Origin: Clostridia bacterium
GTDB taxonomy: Bacteria; Bacillota; Clostridia; Oscillospirales; CAG-272
NCBI GenBank assembly: GCA_017504625.1
Contig: JAFVQU010000012.1
Location: forward strand, 13,112 to 77,111
Length of the DNA: 64,000 bases
Reading direction: 5' to 3'
Part shown: positions 47,573-57,293 of the stretch, one piece after another
Numbering within the stretch: position 1 is the first letter of the stretch
Layout: the number at the start of each line of letters is the position of its first letter
The notes under the pieces: generated by a model
What the model was told of the DNA's origin: nothing
Database searches by the model: none
What the model saw: the letters and a program-made list of their open reading frames with translations, nothing else
Translations under genes and position numbers: made by a program

Positions 47573-47989
47573 TTATTTTATTTTCGCGTTGAGCTTCTTG
47601 CTTACCGCTTTAATTGAAACGAAGACGGCAAGCCAGACGACAAAATATCCTGCCGCAAATATTGCCGTGAAGATAAGCACAACGTTGATATCAAACGGTA
47701 TCCAACTGTTGACGAGATAACAAAGCACGTACGCTAAATAGAGTGTCAAAAAATGAACGAAGGTACATTTTGCCAGTGGCCACTCCTCTATCTGATTGAA
47801 CACGCTCGCTCCCGCCTGCACGAATGCGAGGATATAGGTAGACAAAATTGCAAGGAACACCTCGCCACCACCAAGCGAAAACCCTTCAAGCGTAAGCGAA
47901 AGAATATAAAAAACTATACCCACAATTATCGGGCCCAAGCCCCCGAACGCGATGCCGCGCTGTAAAAATCTCTTTAAGTAGATATTCAT
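47573..47989 (-). CDS. DUF3021 membrane protein (putative LytTR inhibitor)
   Basis: About four TM segments, IEEW..HF and LNAKI end; overlaps the LytTR gene. Confidence 0.8.
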   Translation of the reverse strand: MNIYLKRFLQRGIAFGGLGPIIVGIVFYILSLTLEGFSLGGGEVFLAILSTYILAFVQAGASVFNQIEEWPLAKCTFVHFLTLYLAYVLCYLVNSWIPFDINVVLIFTAIFAAGYFVVWLAVFVSIKAVSKKLNAKIK

Positions 47990-48435
47990 ATTTTCAAACC
48001 CAACCTTTCCTTAACCGACTTGATCTGTCTGCGCGACACGTAGTCACGATAGCCGTTTTTAAGCGTCACCATAAGCGCGCCGCCTATCGACGCGTCAAAG
48101 CTCTCTATCATTTTGATATTAGCCACACAAGATTGATTAAGCTTGACAAAGTCGCTACCCTCAAGAATCTCTTCAATTTTATATAGCCTATCCTTTATCT
48201 GATATTTCTCGCTTTCGCTAATAGCATACACCTTGCCGTCCTCAACAATAAAGCAATATATCTCGCTCGGCACAAGCACCCTGGCTCCCCGTTCGCTATA
48301 TCCGACAAGCTTCTGCTCGGACAAGCTCTCGACAAACTCGCGGATCTTTTCGGCGTTGACATCTCCCTTTGGCGCGTATATAAAAACGCCTTCCTCGTGA
48401 TCACTGTCATTTATAATTTCACATTTAAGCTTCAT
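47986..48435 (-). CDS. Stand-alone LytTR transcriptional regulator
   Basis: LYKIEE..FVKLNQSCVANI..LKNG..VSRR; no receiver domain. Confidence 0.9.
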   Translation of the reverse strand: MKLKCEIINDSDHEEGVFIYAPKGDVNAEKIREFVESLSEQKLVGYSERGARVLVPSEIYCFIVEDGKVYAISESEKYQIKDRLYKIEEILEGSDFVKLNQSCVANIKMIESFDASIGGALMVTLKNGYRDYVSRRQIKSVKERLGLKI

Positions 48436-48495
48436 TTTCTCCTCCAACGTAAGCCTTGCGACTACAATCGCGCAAAAACAATTACTTACATTTAT

Positions 48496-48565
48496 ATTTT
48501 ACACAACAAGCAGTAAAAAATCAATAGTCTTCGCCTATTCGGCAATTTGCGAACACTATTCGGCA
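48496..48565 (-). promoter_or_regulatory. Promoter with LytTR-type direct repeats
   Basis: ctattcggca at 48535-48544 and 48556-48565; TTGATT-17-TAAAAT with extended TG. Confidence 0.75.
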
Positions 48566-48605
48566 TCAAAAAAGCCCTCTCAACACCGAGAAGGCTTTTT
48601 TCTTA

Positions 48606-50669
48606 TTATTTTTTACCCTTTTTGGCAGCCTTGGGCTTTGCCCAACCCGCCTTGCGCACTACCTTTTGCTTGGGTGCCGATAAAGCTCCCGATTTGCTCT
48701 GCGCTGGCGCGCTTTTAGTCGCAGGCTTGCCCGATTTGGTCGCGGGCTTAGGCTTGGATTTGTCATTTCCCTTGCCCGACGTCTTATTTGCATCGCGTAC
48801 GGAATTTTTCGTTCCCGACCTGCCGGATGCGCTCTTGTTTGCGCCGGGCTTGCCCGAAAATCCCTTTCCCGACTGTGCGGGGCGCACAAGGCACTCCTCA
48901 CCGTAGCCGATGAGGTCTTCTCTGCCCGCCTTTGTAAGCGCTTCACGCACGAGGTCGGCATTTTGCGGTCTGTTATACTGCAAAAGCGCTCTCTGCAGCT
49001 GCTTTTCGTGATAGTCGGTTGCAACATAGACAGGCTTCATATCAAGCGGATTTATTCCAGTGTAATACATTACCGTCGATGCCGTACCCGGCGTGGGATA
49101 GTAATCCTGCACCTGCTCGGGCGCGTAATGGTCGCGCTTTAAGCAAACGGCAAGATTTATCGCGTCGTCAAACGTTGAGCCGGGATGACTCGACATAAGA
49201 TAAGGCACAAGATACTGCTCCTTGCCAATCTCCTTGGTTATCTCGAAGAATCTCTTGCGGAAGCTCTGATATACGTCAAAATCAGGCTTACCCATACAGC
49301 GAAGCACGGGACTTGAGCAATGCTCGGGCGCGACCTTGAGCTGTCCCGACACGTTATCGCGGACGAGCTTTTTAAAGAACGCCTCGTTTTTATCCGCCAT
49401 CACGTAGTCAAATCTGATACCCGAGCGCACGAAAACGCGCTTGACCTTAGGTATCTTCTCGATCTCCTCAAGGAGCTTGATGTATTCGGTATGGTCGACC
49501 TTAAGATTTTTGCAGGGTGTGGGAGCAAGACATTTTCTGCCCGGACATACTCCGTCCTTAAGCTGTTTGTCACAGGACGGGTATCGGAAATTTGCCGTCG
49601 GGCCGCCGACGTCGTGTATGTATCCCTTGAAATCAGGCATTGCGGCGATGATCTTCGCTTCCTCCACAACGCTCTTGATACTGCGCGAGCGCACCGTTCT
49701 TCCCTGGTGGAAGGCAAGCGCGCAGAAATTACACGCGCCAAAGCAGCCGCGGTTATGCGTAAGCGAGAACTTGACCTCCTCAATTGCGGGAACACCGCCC
49801 TCAGCTTCGTATATCGGGTGATACGCTCTCATATACGGCAAGGAATAAACGTGGTCAAGCTCTTCTCTTTCAAGAGGGGGCATAGGAGGATTCTGCACGA
49901 GCATCTTGCCGTCGTATATCTCGCAGATCGCTTTACCGTTTATGCTATCCTGATTTTTATACTGAATACCGAACGCCTCGGCGTATTTTCTCTTGTCAAC
50001 CTTCAATTCGTTATAGTCAAAGGTTGCTGCAATCGGATAGTTGACCTTATCCTCGGGCGCACAAAGATATACCGTTCCGCGCACGTCACGGATCTTCTTT
50101 ATCGGCACTCCACGGTCGAGAAGCTCGGCAATCCTCACGAGTATCTTCTCCCCCATACCGTATGTAAGGATATCGGCACGGCTGTCGACAAGCACGCTTC
50201 GGCGCACCTTATCATCCCAATAATCGTAATGCGCAAAGCGGCGAAGCGACGCTTCAAGTCCGCCGAGAATGATCGGCACGTCGCCGTAAGCCTCGCGTAT
50301 GCGGTTTGAGTAAACTATCGTCGCGCGGTCAGGGCGCTTGCCGATCTTGCCTCCCGCCGAGTAATAATCGTAGGTTCTTTTCTTCTTTGCGGCAGTGTAA
50401 TGCGCGACCATCGAGTCAATATTGCCCGCGCTTACCAAAAATCCAAGTCGCGGACGTCCAAACCTCTTGAAATCCTCGCAGGATTTATAGTCAGGCTGTG
50501 ACAAAAACGCGATCCTGAAGCCCTTATCCTCAAGGACGCGGCAAATTATAGTCGCGCCAAAGGACGGGTGATCGACGTAGGCGTCACCGCAAACGTATAT
50601 AAAGTCGGGGCGATCCCAACCTCTTTCTTGCATTTCCTCCCGTGTTATCGGGAAAAATTGTTTTTCCAT
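48606..50669 (-). CDS. ygiQ: YgiQ-family radical SAM protein
   Basis: GDAYVDHPSFG, GGLEASLRR, CFGACNFC, DVGGPTAN, KVAPEH, SSHPG. Confidence 0.93.
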   Translation of the reverse strand: MEKQFFPITREEMQERGWDRPDFIYVCGDAYVDHPSFGATIICRVLEDKGFRIAFLSQPDYKSCEDFKRFGRPRLGFLVSAGNIDSMVAHYTAAKKKRTYDYYSAGGKIGKRPDRATIVYSNRIREAYGDVPIILGGLEASLRRFAHYDYWDDKVRRSVLVDSRADILTYGMGEKILVRIAELLDRGVPIKKIRDVRGTVYLCAPEDKVNYPIAATFDYNELKVDKRKYAEAFGIQYKNQDSINGKAICEIYDGKMLVQNPPMPPLEREELDHVYSLPYMRAYHPIYEAEGGVPAIEEVKFSLTHNRGCFGACNFCALAFHQGRTVRSRSIKSVVEEAKIIAAMPDFKGYIHDVGGPTANFRYPSCDKQLKDGVCPGRKCLAPTPCKNLKVDHTEYIKLLEEIEKIPKVKRVFVRSGIRFDYVMADKNEAFFKKLVRDNVSGQLKVAPEHCSSPVLRCMGKPDFDVYQSFRKRFFEITKEIGKEQYLVPYLMSSHPGSTFDDAINLAVCLKRDHYAPEQVQDYYPTPGTASTVMYYTGINPLDMKPVYVATDYHEKQLQRALLQYNRPQNADLVREALTKAGREDLIGYGEECLVRPAQSGKGFSGKPGANKSASGRSGTKNSVRDANKTSGKGNDKSKPKPATKSGKPATKSAPAQSKSGALSAPKQKVVRKAGWAKPKAAKKGKK

Positions 50670-50680
50670 AGATGTTTTTT

Positions 50681-50725
50681 CGCAGAACCTTTTTGAAAAA
50701 AGGTTCCGCACCTCCAAAAACTTTC
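50681..50725 (-). repeat. REP-like hairpin repeat, copy 2
   Basis: Minus strand reads gaaagtttttggaggtgcggaaccttttttcaaaaaggttctgcg. Confidence 0.75.
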
Positions 50726-50781
50726 CCGCAGAGAAAATAAAAAATCCTACGGTTTATTCTTATAGATTTTTAAGTGAAAAT

Positions 50782-50871
50782 CTATCTCTTTTTCTTTTCC
50801 TTTTTAATACCAAATATCTTTCTCAAAATCGGTGAGAGAAAGCTCGGTGAGCGGACAAGCACTATTTTCAT
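50782..50871 (-). CDS. spoVM: Stage V sporulation protein M, 29 aa; not in the ORF track
   Basis: Hand translation MKIVLVRSPSFLSPILRKIFGIKKEKKKR; Pro9, amphipathic pattern, SD aaagggg; directly downstream of thiN as in B. subtilis. Confidence 0.88.
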   Translation of the reverse strand: MKIVLVRSPSFLSPILRKIFGIKKEKKKR

Positions 50872-50935
50872 AATATTAAAAACCCCTTTCGTGTTTTTTA
50901 ATATTATATGCGACACTCGCCCCGAGGTTTAATTC

Positions 50936-51562
50936 TCAGATATCTCTTGATTCTATGATATAAACCCCGCCCTTTTTGACGGTTATCAGCGCGGCGTTCT
51001 TGACTATCTCGTTTGAAACCGCGAACTGTGAGCGACGTGTGATCGTCCTGTCTTTAAGAGGATACTTTGCTCCCTCAACGCTTACCCCCTTTACCTTTTC
51101 ATCGGCGGCGATAAGTGAGAAATACTTGAAATTTGGATCGCGTATAACGATATGTCCCGAATTTCTTATAAAATTGATCCTGTTCTGACCGTTGACGATA
51201 TACGCGCGGATCTTTCTTGCGTTAAGATCCTCAAGAATTGCCATCAGCGAGACCGCGTGATCGAATCTTCCCGACGTGCTTGCAATAATTACAAGCTCGC
51301 CTGCTCCCTGCTTGATCGCAAGCTCAACTGCGTACTGCGCGTCGGTAACGTCCTTTTCCTGAGGCAATCTCACTACCTCTCCAACTCCGTCGGGGATGTC
51401 GCCGAGCGAATCAAAATCTCCGACGAGGATGTCAATAGGAAAGTCCAATGCCCTTGCGTTCTTATATCCCGAATCGGCGGCAATAACGAGATCGCCGCTC
51501 TCTCGTGTTTCTTTTATGTACTGCGGAAAGACCTCTCCGCCGCAAAAAATAAATGCCTTCAT
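50936..51562 (-). CDS. thiN: Thiamine diphosphokinase
   Basis: AADSG, GDFDS, EKDVTD, GRFDH, GAKYPL, VSNE. Confidence 0.93.
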   Translation of the reverse strand: MKAFIFCGGEVFPQYIKETRESGDLVIAADSGYKNARALDFPIDILVGDFDSLGDIPDGVGEVVRLPQEKDVTDAQYAVELAIKQGAGELVIIASTSGRFDHAVSLMAILEDLNARKIRAYIVNGQNRINFIRNSGHIVIRDPNFKYFSLIAADEKVKGVSVEGAKYPLKDRTITRRSQFAVSNEIVKNAALITVKKGGVYIIESRDI

Positions 51563-51578
51563 TTGTTTTGTCCTTGTT

Positions 51579-52490
51579 TTATTTGTCCCACTTGTGCTTA
51601 TTCTTCAAAACATCGTAGAGCATAACGTAGCTTTCGTGTCTGCTCTTCGGTATCTCCCCGCCCTTTACCGCGTCGACGATAGCGCAGCCTTCTTCTTTTC
51701 TGTGGGTACATTTGGTATATTTACACTGACCGATGCGCTCGTTTATCTCACGGAACGCAAGCGGAAGATCGTCAAGCGAGAAAAAGTCGAAGCGGTCAAA
51801 ATCAAGCATCGAAAATCCCGGTGTGTCTGCAAGATAAGCGTCCTTGCCTATTGGATATAGCGTGACCGCGCGCGTGGTATGTCTGCCTCGCTCAGTCTTT
51901 CGGCTGACACCGCCCGTGCCAAGCTCAAGACTTGGGAAAAGGCTATTGAGCAAGGTTGATTTTCCAACTCCCGAAGCGCCCGCAAAGGCAGCTATCTTGC
52001 CTTCAAGCTCGGTATCTATATATTCTTTTACCGCATCAATTCCCTCGCCCGTCACCGACGAGATTTTAAAGGTGGTATATCCGACCTTTTTGTATATCTC
52101 GGCAATTCTGTCCGCCTCGGCATCGTTAAGCTCACACTTGCCGACGACGATCACAGGCTCAATATCGTTATGCTCAAGTATCGCCGTCATCTTGTCGGTC
52201 ATATCGAGCATCGGAGCGGGAGATCTCGACGCCATAGTCACGAAAACAACGTCAAGGTTAGCAAGCGCGGGGCGGATAAGCGAATTCCTTCTCTCCTCAA
52301 TTGCCTCAATTACGGGATCACCCTCCGAAAAATCAAGAGTGGCAATATCACCGACCACTATTTTAATATTGCTGTGACGGAATATTCCTCTTGCCTGACA
52401 GGCATATTCCGTTACGGCACCGTCCTCGGTAACGCGCACCGTATAAAGTCCTCCGACCGACGATATTACCCTTCCCTTTTTCTTCTCCAT
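51579..52490 (-). CDS. rsgA: Ribosome small subunit-dependent GTPase A
   Basis: GASGVGKSTL, GRHTT, DTPGF, CKYTKCTH..GC zinc finger. Confidence 0.96.
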   Translation of the reverse strand: MEKKKGRVISSVGGLYTVRVTEDGAVTEYACQARGIFRHSNIKIVVGDIATLDFSEGDPVIEAIEERRNSLIRPALANLDVVFVTMASRSPAPMLDMTDKMTAILEHNDIEPVIVVGKCELNDAEADRIAEIYKKVGYTTFKISSVTGEGIDAVKEYIDTELEGKIAAFAGASGVGKSTLLNSLFPSLELGTGGVSRKTERGRHTTRAVTLYPIGKDAYLADTPGFSMLDFDRFDFFSLDDLPLAFREINERIGQCKYTKCTHRKEEGCAIVDAVKGGEIPKSRHESYVMLYDVLKNKHKWDK

Positions 52491-52496
52491 TAAATT

Positions 52497-53348
52497 TTAT
52501 TCTCCGTTTTCAGTATTGTTTTCGGTTTTGTTTTGTATTGTGCCGTCTTCCTCATATATGTCCAGATCACCGTCACCCATATAAAAGCCCGACGTCTCGC
52601 CACTCTCGGCAACCGTAATATCAATTATAGTTCCCCATTTTACAATCGCGCCGCGGGGAATGCTTTGCCCTATAACGCGTCCGTCGTATTCATCGGACGA
52701 CGGCAGGGTAATAACGCGACCAAGCACCAGTCCGTCGCTCATAAGCGTTCTGACAGCATCCTCGCGACTCATACCCGTAAGATCCCGCACACTCACGGGC
52801 TGCTTTATATGCTCACGGCAGACGAAAAGAGTGACCTTTTCCCCTCTCTCTATCGGCGTATCGGGCAGGGGTGAGCTTTTGATGACCTCGTCGGGCGAAT
52901 AGCTATTATCGTACAGATAGACGAATCTGACGAGTGCGCCAAGCTCACGGAGTCGGCACGCCGCCTCGTAGCAATCAAAGCCGTATAGGTTCGGGATCGT
53001 CAGCTTTTCCTTGCCTATGCTTACTTTTACCTTGACCGTCATTTCCCCGCCGCGAATGACCTTTTTTGACCGTCCGCGCGGCTGTTGTGATATAATAACT
53101 CCGCTTTCGTATTCGTCGGAATACGCGGGCTCCTTTTCAATTTTAAAATGATCAAAATTTCTCCGCTCAACCTCGGTTATGCTTTTTCCGACAAGATCGG
53201 GCACCTCTGCTACGGTTTTCTTGCCACCAAAGTCAATAAAAAGGTATACGAACGCTCCAATGCCCAATGCAAGCGTCAAAAGGCAGGAGCAGATCGCCCA
53301 TATAAGCGGCTTTTTGAGGGAAATATTTTCTTTTTTGTTATTTGACAC
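52497..53348 (-). CDS. Membrane protein with three PASTA domains and no kinase domain
   Basis: Short N-terminus, one TM helix, VPDLVG / IPNLYG / VRDLTG repeats. Confidence 0.85.
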   Translation of the reverse strand: MSNNKKENISLKKPLIWAICSCLLTLALGIGAFVYLFIDFGGKKTVAEVPDLVGKSITEVERRNFDHFKIEKEPAYSDEYESGVIISQQPRGRSKKVIRGGEMTVKVKVSIGKEKLTIPNLYGFDCYEAACRLRELGALVRFVYLYDNSYSPDEVIKSSPLPDTPIERGEKVTLFVCREHIKQPVSVRDLTGMSREDAVRTLMSDGLVLGRVITLPSSDEYDGRVIGQSIPRGAIVKWGTIIDITVAESGETSGFYMGDGDLDIYEEDGTIQNKTENNTENGE

Positions 53349-53414
53349 GGTATCACCTCACAAACTGTGCTATGTAAACCGTGTTTTTGCTTTTGGTATA
53401 TGTTACGCTTATTA

Positions 53415-54458
53415 TTATGCGTCCGCATCCTCGCGGCGAAGTTGACCGCAGGAGGCATTGATATCCGAGCCGAGAGTTCGGCGGATCGTCGCTCTTATTC
53501 CCTTGCTCTCCAAGGTTGCGGCAAACTTTTTCACTGCCGCTCTGTCCGAGCTCTTAAATCCCGATTCGGTAACCTCGTTTACGGGGATGAGATTGACGTG
53601 TATAGGCATATTTTCGGTCCTCGTGCGGAGCTTGCGGTTTAGTACCTCGGCAAGCTTGAGCGCATTCGGAACGGTGTCATTTTTGCCCGAAATAAGCGTA
53701 TATTCAAAGGAAATTCGTCTACCCGTCGCCTTGTAGTATTCGCGGCAGGCATCAAGGAGCTTGTCAACTCCGTAGCTCTTATTTACAGGCATTATCTCCG
53801 ACCTCGTTTCATCGTCGGGAGCGTGGAGAGATACCGAGAGAGTTATCTGCATATCGAGCTTAGCAAGCTCGTATATTTTCGGCACAAGACCGCAGGTCGA
53901 GAGTGAGATGTGTCTGTACCCGATATTTATTCCCTCGGGAAGATTGACGAGCTTTAAAAACTTGACCGTGTTATCGTAATTGTCAAGCGGCTCGCCTATT
54001 CCCATCATAACAACGTTTGAAATTCTGATACCGAGATCTCTTTGCGCCGCGATTATCTGACCGAGTATCTCACCCGATTCAAGATCGCGCACTCTGCCCG
54101 CAACGGTTGAAGCGCAGAACTTACAGCCCATCCTGCAACCGACCTGGCTCGACACGCAGATAGTATATCCATGCTCGTATTTCATTACGACCGACTCGAT
54201 GCAGTTTCCGTCGGCAAGCGAAAAAAGATATTTTACCGTGCCGTCAAGAGCAGAGGTCAGCTTTCTTTTGACCGTCGGGAGCGAGCAATCAAGCCTGCCC
54301 TCAAGCTTTTCCTTGGTCGCCTTTCCGACGTTTGTCATCTCGGAAAGCGTTATTCCCTTGTGAAGCTGTGAAAATATCTGCCCCGCGCGGTATTTAGGCT
54401 CACCAAGCTCTTGGAGCAGTGCCGTCAGCTCCTCGGGGAGAAGTGATAATATATTCAT
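53415..54458 (-). CDS. rlmN: 23S rRNA m2A2503 / tRNA methyltransferase
   Basis: SSQVGCRMGCKFC, MGIGEP, SLHAP, ASCGQL. Confidence 0.96.
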   Translation of the reverse strand: MNILSLLPEELTALLQELGEPKYRAGQIFSQLHKGITLSEMTNVGKATKEKLEGRLDCSLPTVKRKLTSALDGTVKYLFSLADGNCIESVVMKYEHGYTICVSSQVGCRMGCKFCASTVAGRVRDLESGEILGQIIAAQRDLGIRISNVVMMGIGEPLDNYDNTVKFLKLVNLPEGINIGYRHISLSTCGLVPKIYELAKLDMQITLSVSLHAPDDETRSEIMPVNKSYGVDKLLDACREYYKATGRRISFEYTLISGKNDTVPNALKLAEVLNRKLRTRTENMPIHVNLIPVNEVTESGFKSSDRAAVKKFAATLESKGIRATIRRTLGSDINASCGQLRREDADA

Positions 54459-54467
54459 AAGCAATCC

Positions 54468-55781
54468 TTACTTTATTTTTCTCATTTTTGCGACGAAAAA
54501 TCCGTCCGTTCCGTCCTTATCGGGCGAAAGATCAAGCATACCGCCCAAAGATTTCTTTTCCCCTACGGCAAAATCAAGCGGCTCAAACTCGGGGTGGCAG
54601 GAGAGGAACTTTTTAACGTTTTCACCATTCTCCTCGGGCAACACCGTGCAGGTCGAATAGACAAGCACGCCGCCCTCCTTGACGTAATTTGCGCTTGCCT
54701 CGAGTATGGCGTACTGTATTTCGGGAAGTCGCGCAAGCTCGGACAGATCCTTGTATCTTATCTCGGGCTTTTTCGCAACGACTCCAAGCCCCGAGCAGGG
54801 TACGTCGCAAAGCACTCTGTCGGCTTTGCCGAGAAGGCTATCGTCGGGATTTCTGCCGTCGCGCACCGCGGCGGTGATTATATCTATCCCCAGTCGGCTT
54901 GCGCCCGAATCTATTAATTTAAGCTTACTTGCGTGAAGATCAAAAGAGTATATCTTACCCTTGTTACGCATTCTTATCGCGCTTCCAAAGGATTTTGAAC
55001 CGGGACACGAGCAGGTGTCGATCAAAATATCGCCCTCCTCTGCGCCGAGTGCCTCAACGCATATTTGCGATGCCTCGTCTTGAACGAAGAAATATCCCTC
55101 GTCAAAGCCCGGTAAAGCCGAAAACGCGACCTTATTAAGCTTTATCGCATTTGGAAGATTAGCGGACAGTTCGTATTCAATACCTTTTTCGTCAAGCAAT
55201 TTCGCGTAATCGTCGCGAGAGATTTTAAGCGTATTGATCCTCAAGGTAAGCGCGGGTGCGCGGTTAAAGATATCAAGTATCTTCTTTGTGCGCTCAAATC
55301 CGTAGATCGAAATGAACCTCTCACAAAAAGCCTTTGGGAAAGAATATTTGACCGACAAATGCGCTATTGCGTCGCTCTCGTCGGGGAAGATCGTGTCAAG
55401 CTTGCCGCTATCTCTCGCACGCAAAAGAGAGCGTAGGATGGCGTTTACAAAGCCTCGGCTTCTTCTCGGCGCCAAGTCAACGCTCTCGTTGACCGCCGCG
55501 TAGTCGGGAATCTTGTCAAGACAATAAAGCTGATAAATGCCCATACGAAGCAAAACTCGCGTATCTTGATCAATCTTATTGGGATCGCTTGCGAGCTTGT
55601 CGATGATATAATCAAGCGTCAGCTCTCTCTCGGTCACGCCCATAACGACGGCGGTGACGAATCCGCGGTCAAGCTCGTTCAGCTCGTATTTTTTCAGCGC
55701 GTTATCGACGGCAATGTTAGAATAGGTCGCGCCCGTCGCCGCGTTTTTGAGTATTTTGTATGCGATTTCTCTGGCACTCAT
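54468..55781 (-). CDS. rsmB: 16S rRNA m5C967 methyltransferase
   Basis: NusB-like N-terminus, VQDEAS, DVPCSGLG, YSTCT, DGFF. Confidence 0.95.
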   Translation of the reverse strand: MSAREIAYKILKNAATGATYSNIAVDNALKKYELNELDRGFVTAVVMGVTERELTLDYIIDKLASDPNKIDQDTRVLLRMGIYQLYCLDKIPDYAAVNESVDLAPRRSRGFVNAILRSLLRARDSGKLDTIFPDESDAIAHLSVKYSFPKAFCERFISIYGFERTKKILDIFNRAPALTLRINTLKISRDDYAKLLDEKGIEYELSANLPNAIKLNKVAFSALPGFDEGYFFVQDEASQICVEALGAEEGDILIDTCSCPGSKSFGSAIRMRNKGKIYSFDLHASKLKLIDSGASRLGIDIITAAVRDGRNPDDSLLGKADRVLCDVPCSGLGVVAKKPEIRYKDLSELARLPEIQYAILEASANYVKEGGVLVYSTCTVLPEENGENVKKFLSCHPEFEPLDFAVGEKKSLGGMLDLSPDKDGTDGFFVAKMRKIK

Positions 55782-55845
55782 GCCTATTCCTCCTTAAATT
55801 AGTTTTTGCCGAATTACAAAATTAATGTTTTCTAAATTTTTGATT

Positions 55846-56781
55846 TTATCTGAGCAGAGCGCCCTCGGCGATCTTTCTTCCGCGCACGAAGTCGGCGGCG
55901 CTCATTCTTCCCTTGCCCTCGGGGACAACTGTCAACAAGGACAAAATTCCCTTGCCGCAGACGACCTTAATATCCTCTCCGACCGACAGAACCGTGCCGG
56001 GAAGTGCCTTAACCGTCTTTTCCGCGTCAAAAATGCGACTTTCAACTACCTTTAAGAGCTTTCCGTCGGGAGTGTGGGTAAACGAAAGCGGAATAGGCGA
56101 AAGACCTCTTATAAGATCGTGAAGCGTTTTCGCGTCAAGAGAAAAATCAAGCAGACAATCACTCTTTTCAATCTTTGCGGCATAGGTTGCCTTGCTATCG
56201 TCCTGCTTTTCGGGTGTGATTTCACCCTTTTCAAGCTTTTCTACGGTTTTGACAAGCAATTTTGCGCCCGCCTCGGAAAGTCTGTCGTGTATATCCTCAA
56301 AATTATCGTTCTCGCCGATCTCAACTTCACATTTAAGGAGCATATCTCCCGTGTCAAGTCCCGCCGCCATAAGCATGGTCGTAATTCCCGTCACGGTCTT
56401 GCCGTCGATTATTGCTCTCTGCATCGGCGCCGCGCCTCTGTATTCGGGAAGAAGTGAGCCATGCACGTTTACGCATCCGTATTTCGGGTAATCAAGCACG
56501 TTCTGTGGCAAGATCTTGCCGTACGCGACCACTACGATCATCTCGGGATCAAGGCTCTTGAGCGTTTGTTCAAACTCCTCGCCGCGCAGAGTGAGCGGCT
56601 GATATACGGGGATGCTTTTCTCTATCGCAAAGACCTTGATAGGCGGGGGCGTGAGATGATGTCCTCTGCCCTTCGGCTTGTCGGGCTGGGTGACAACTCC
56701 CACAATTTCGTGTCCCGCAAGGCAAAGCTCACGCAAGGTGGGCAATGCAAAATCGGGAGTTCCCATAAACAATATCTTCAT
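55846..56781 (-). CDS. fmt: Methionyl-tRNA formyltransferase
   Basis: FMGTPDF, VVAYG, NVHGSLLP, LDTGD. Confidence 0.97.
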   Translation of the reverse strand: MKILFMGTPDFALPTLRELCLAGHEIVGVVTQPDKPKGRGHHLTPPPIKVFAIEKSIPVYQPLTLRGEEFEQTLKSLDPEMIVVVAYGKILPQNVLDYPKYGCVNVHGSLLPEYRGAAPMQRAIIDGKTVTGITTMLMAAGLDTGDMLLKCEVEIGENDNFEDIHDRLSEAGAKLLVKTVEKLEKGEITPEKQDDSKATYAAKIEKSDCLLDFSLDAKTLHDLIRGLSPIPLSFTHTPDGKLLKVVESRIFDAEKTVKALPGTVLSVGEDIKVVCGKGILSLLTVVPEGKGRMSAADFVRGRKIAEGALLR

Positions 56782-56784
56782 CTG

Positions 56785-57267
56785 TTAATCTCTTTCTATT
56801 TCTTTGATTTCTTCAGGAGAAAGCATTCTTTCCGCTACGTCGGGATAGAGCTTTCCGTCAAGGTGATCAAGCTCGTGGCAGAATGCACGCGCAAGAAGAT
56901 CAGAGCCCGTATAATCAACGATCTCGCCGTGTCTGTTCATTGCTCTTACAGTCACGTGCATAGGACGTGTTACGATTCCCCACTGACCCGGGAGTGAAAG
57001 ACATCCCTCAAGTCCCTCGTTCTCGCCCGAATATGCGATGATCTTGGGGTTGATAAGCTCGATAAGCTCACCCTCCTCGCACTCGATTACAACTATTCTG
57101 CGAAGCACACCAACCTGCGGCGCGGCAAGTCCTACGCCACCGGCAGCTCTCATGGTCTCTGCCATATCGTCAAGGAGCGTAAGCACTCTGGGTGTTATTT
57201 TGTCAACAGGACGGCACTCCTTGCGAAGCACATCGTCACCTACTTTTACTATCTTTAACTTTGCCAT
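56785..57267 (-). CDS. def: Peptide deformylase
   Basis: GVGLAAPQ, EGCLS, HELDH. Confidence 0.97.
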   Translation of the reverse strand: MAKLKIVKVGDDVLRKECRPVDKITPRVLTLLDDMAETMRAAGGVGLAAPQVGVLRRIVVIECEEGELIELINPKIIAYSGENEGLEGCLSLPGQWGIVTRPMHVTVRAMNRHGEIVDYTGSDLLARAFCHELDHLDGKLYPDVAERMLSPEEIKEIERD

Positions 57268-57293
57268 AATATATCCTTTCTTGCCTTCGGCGA

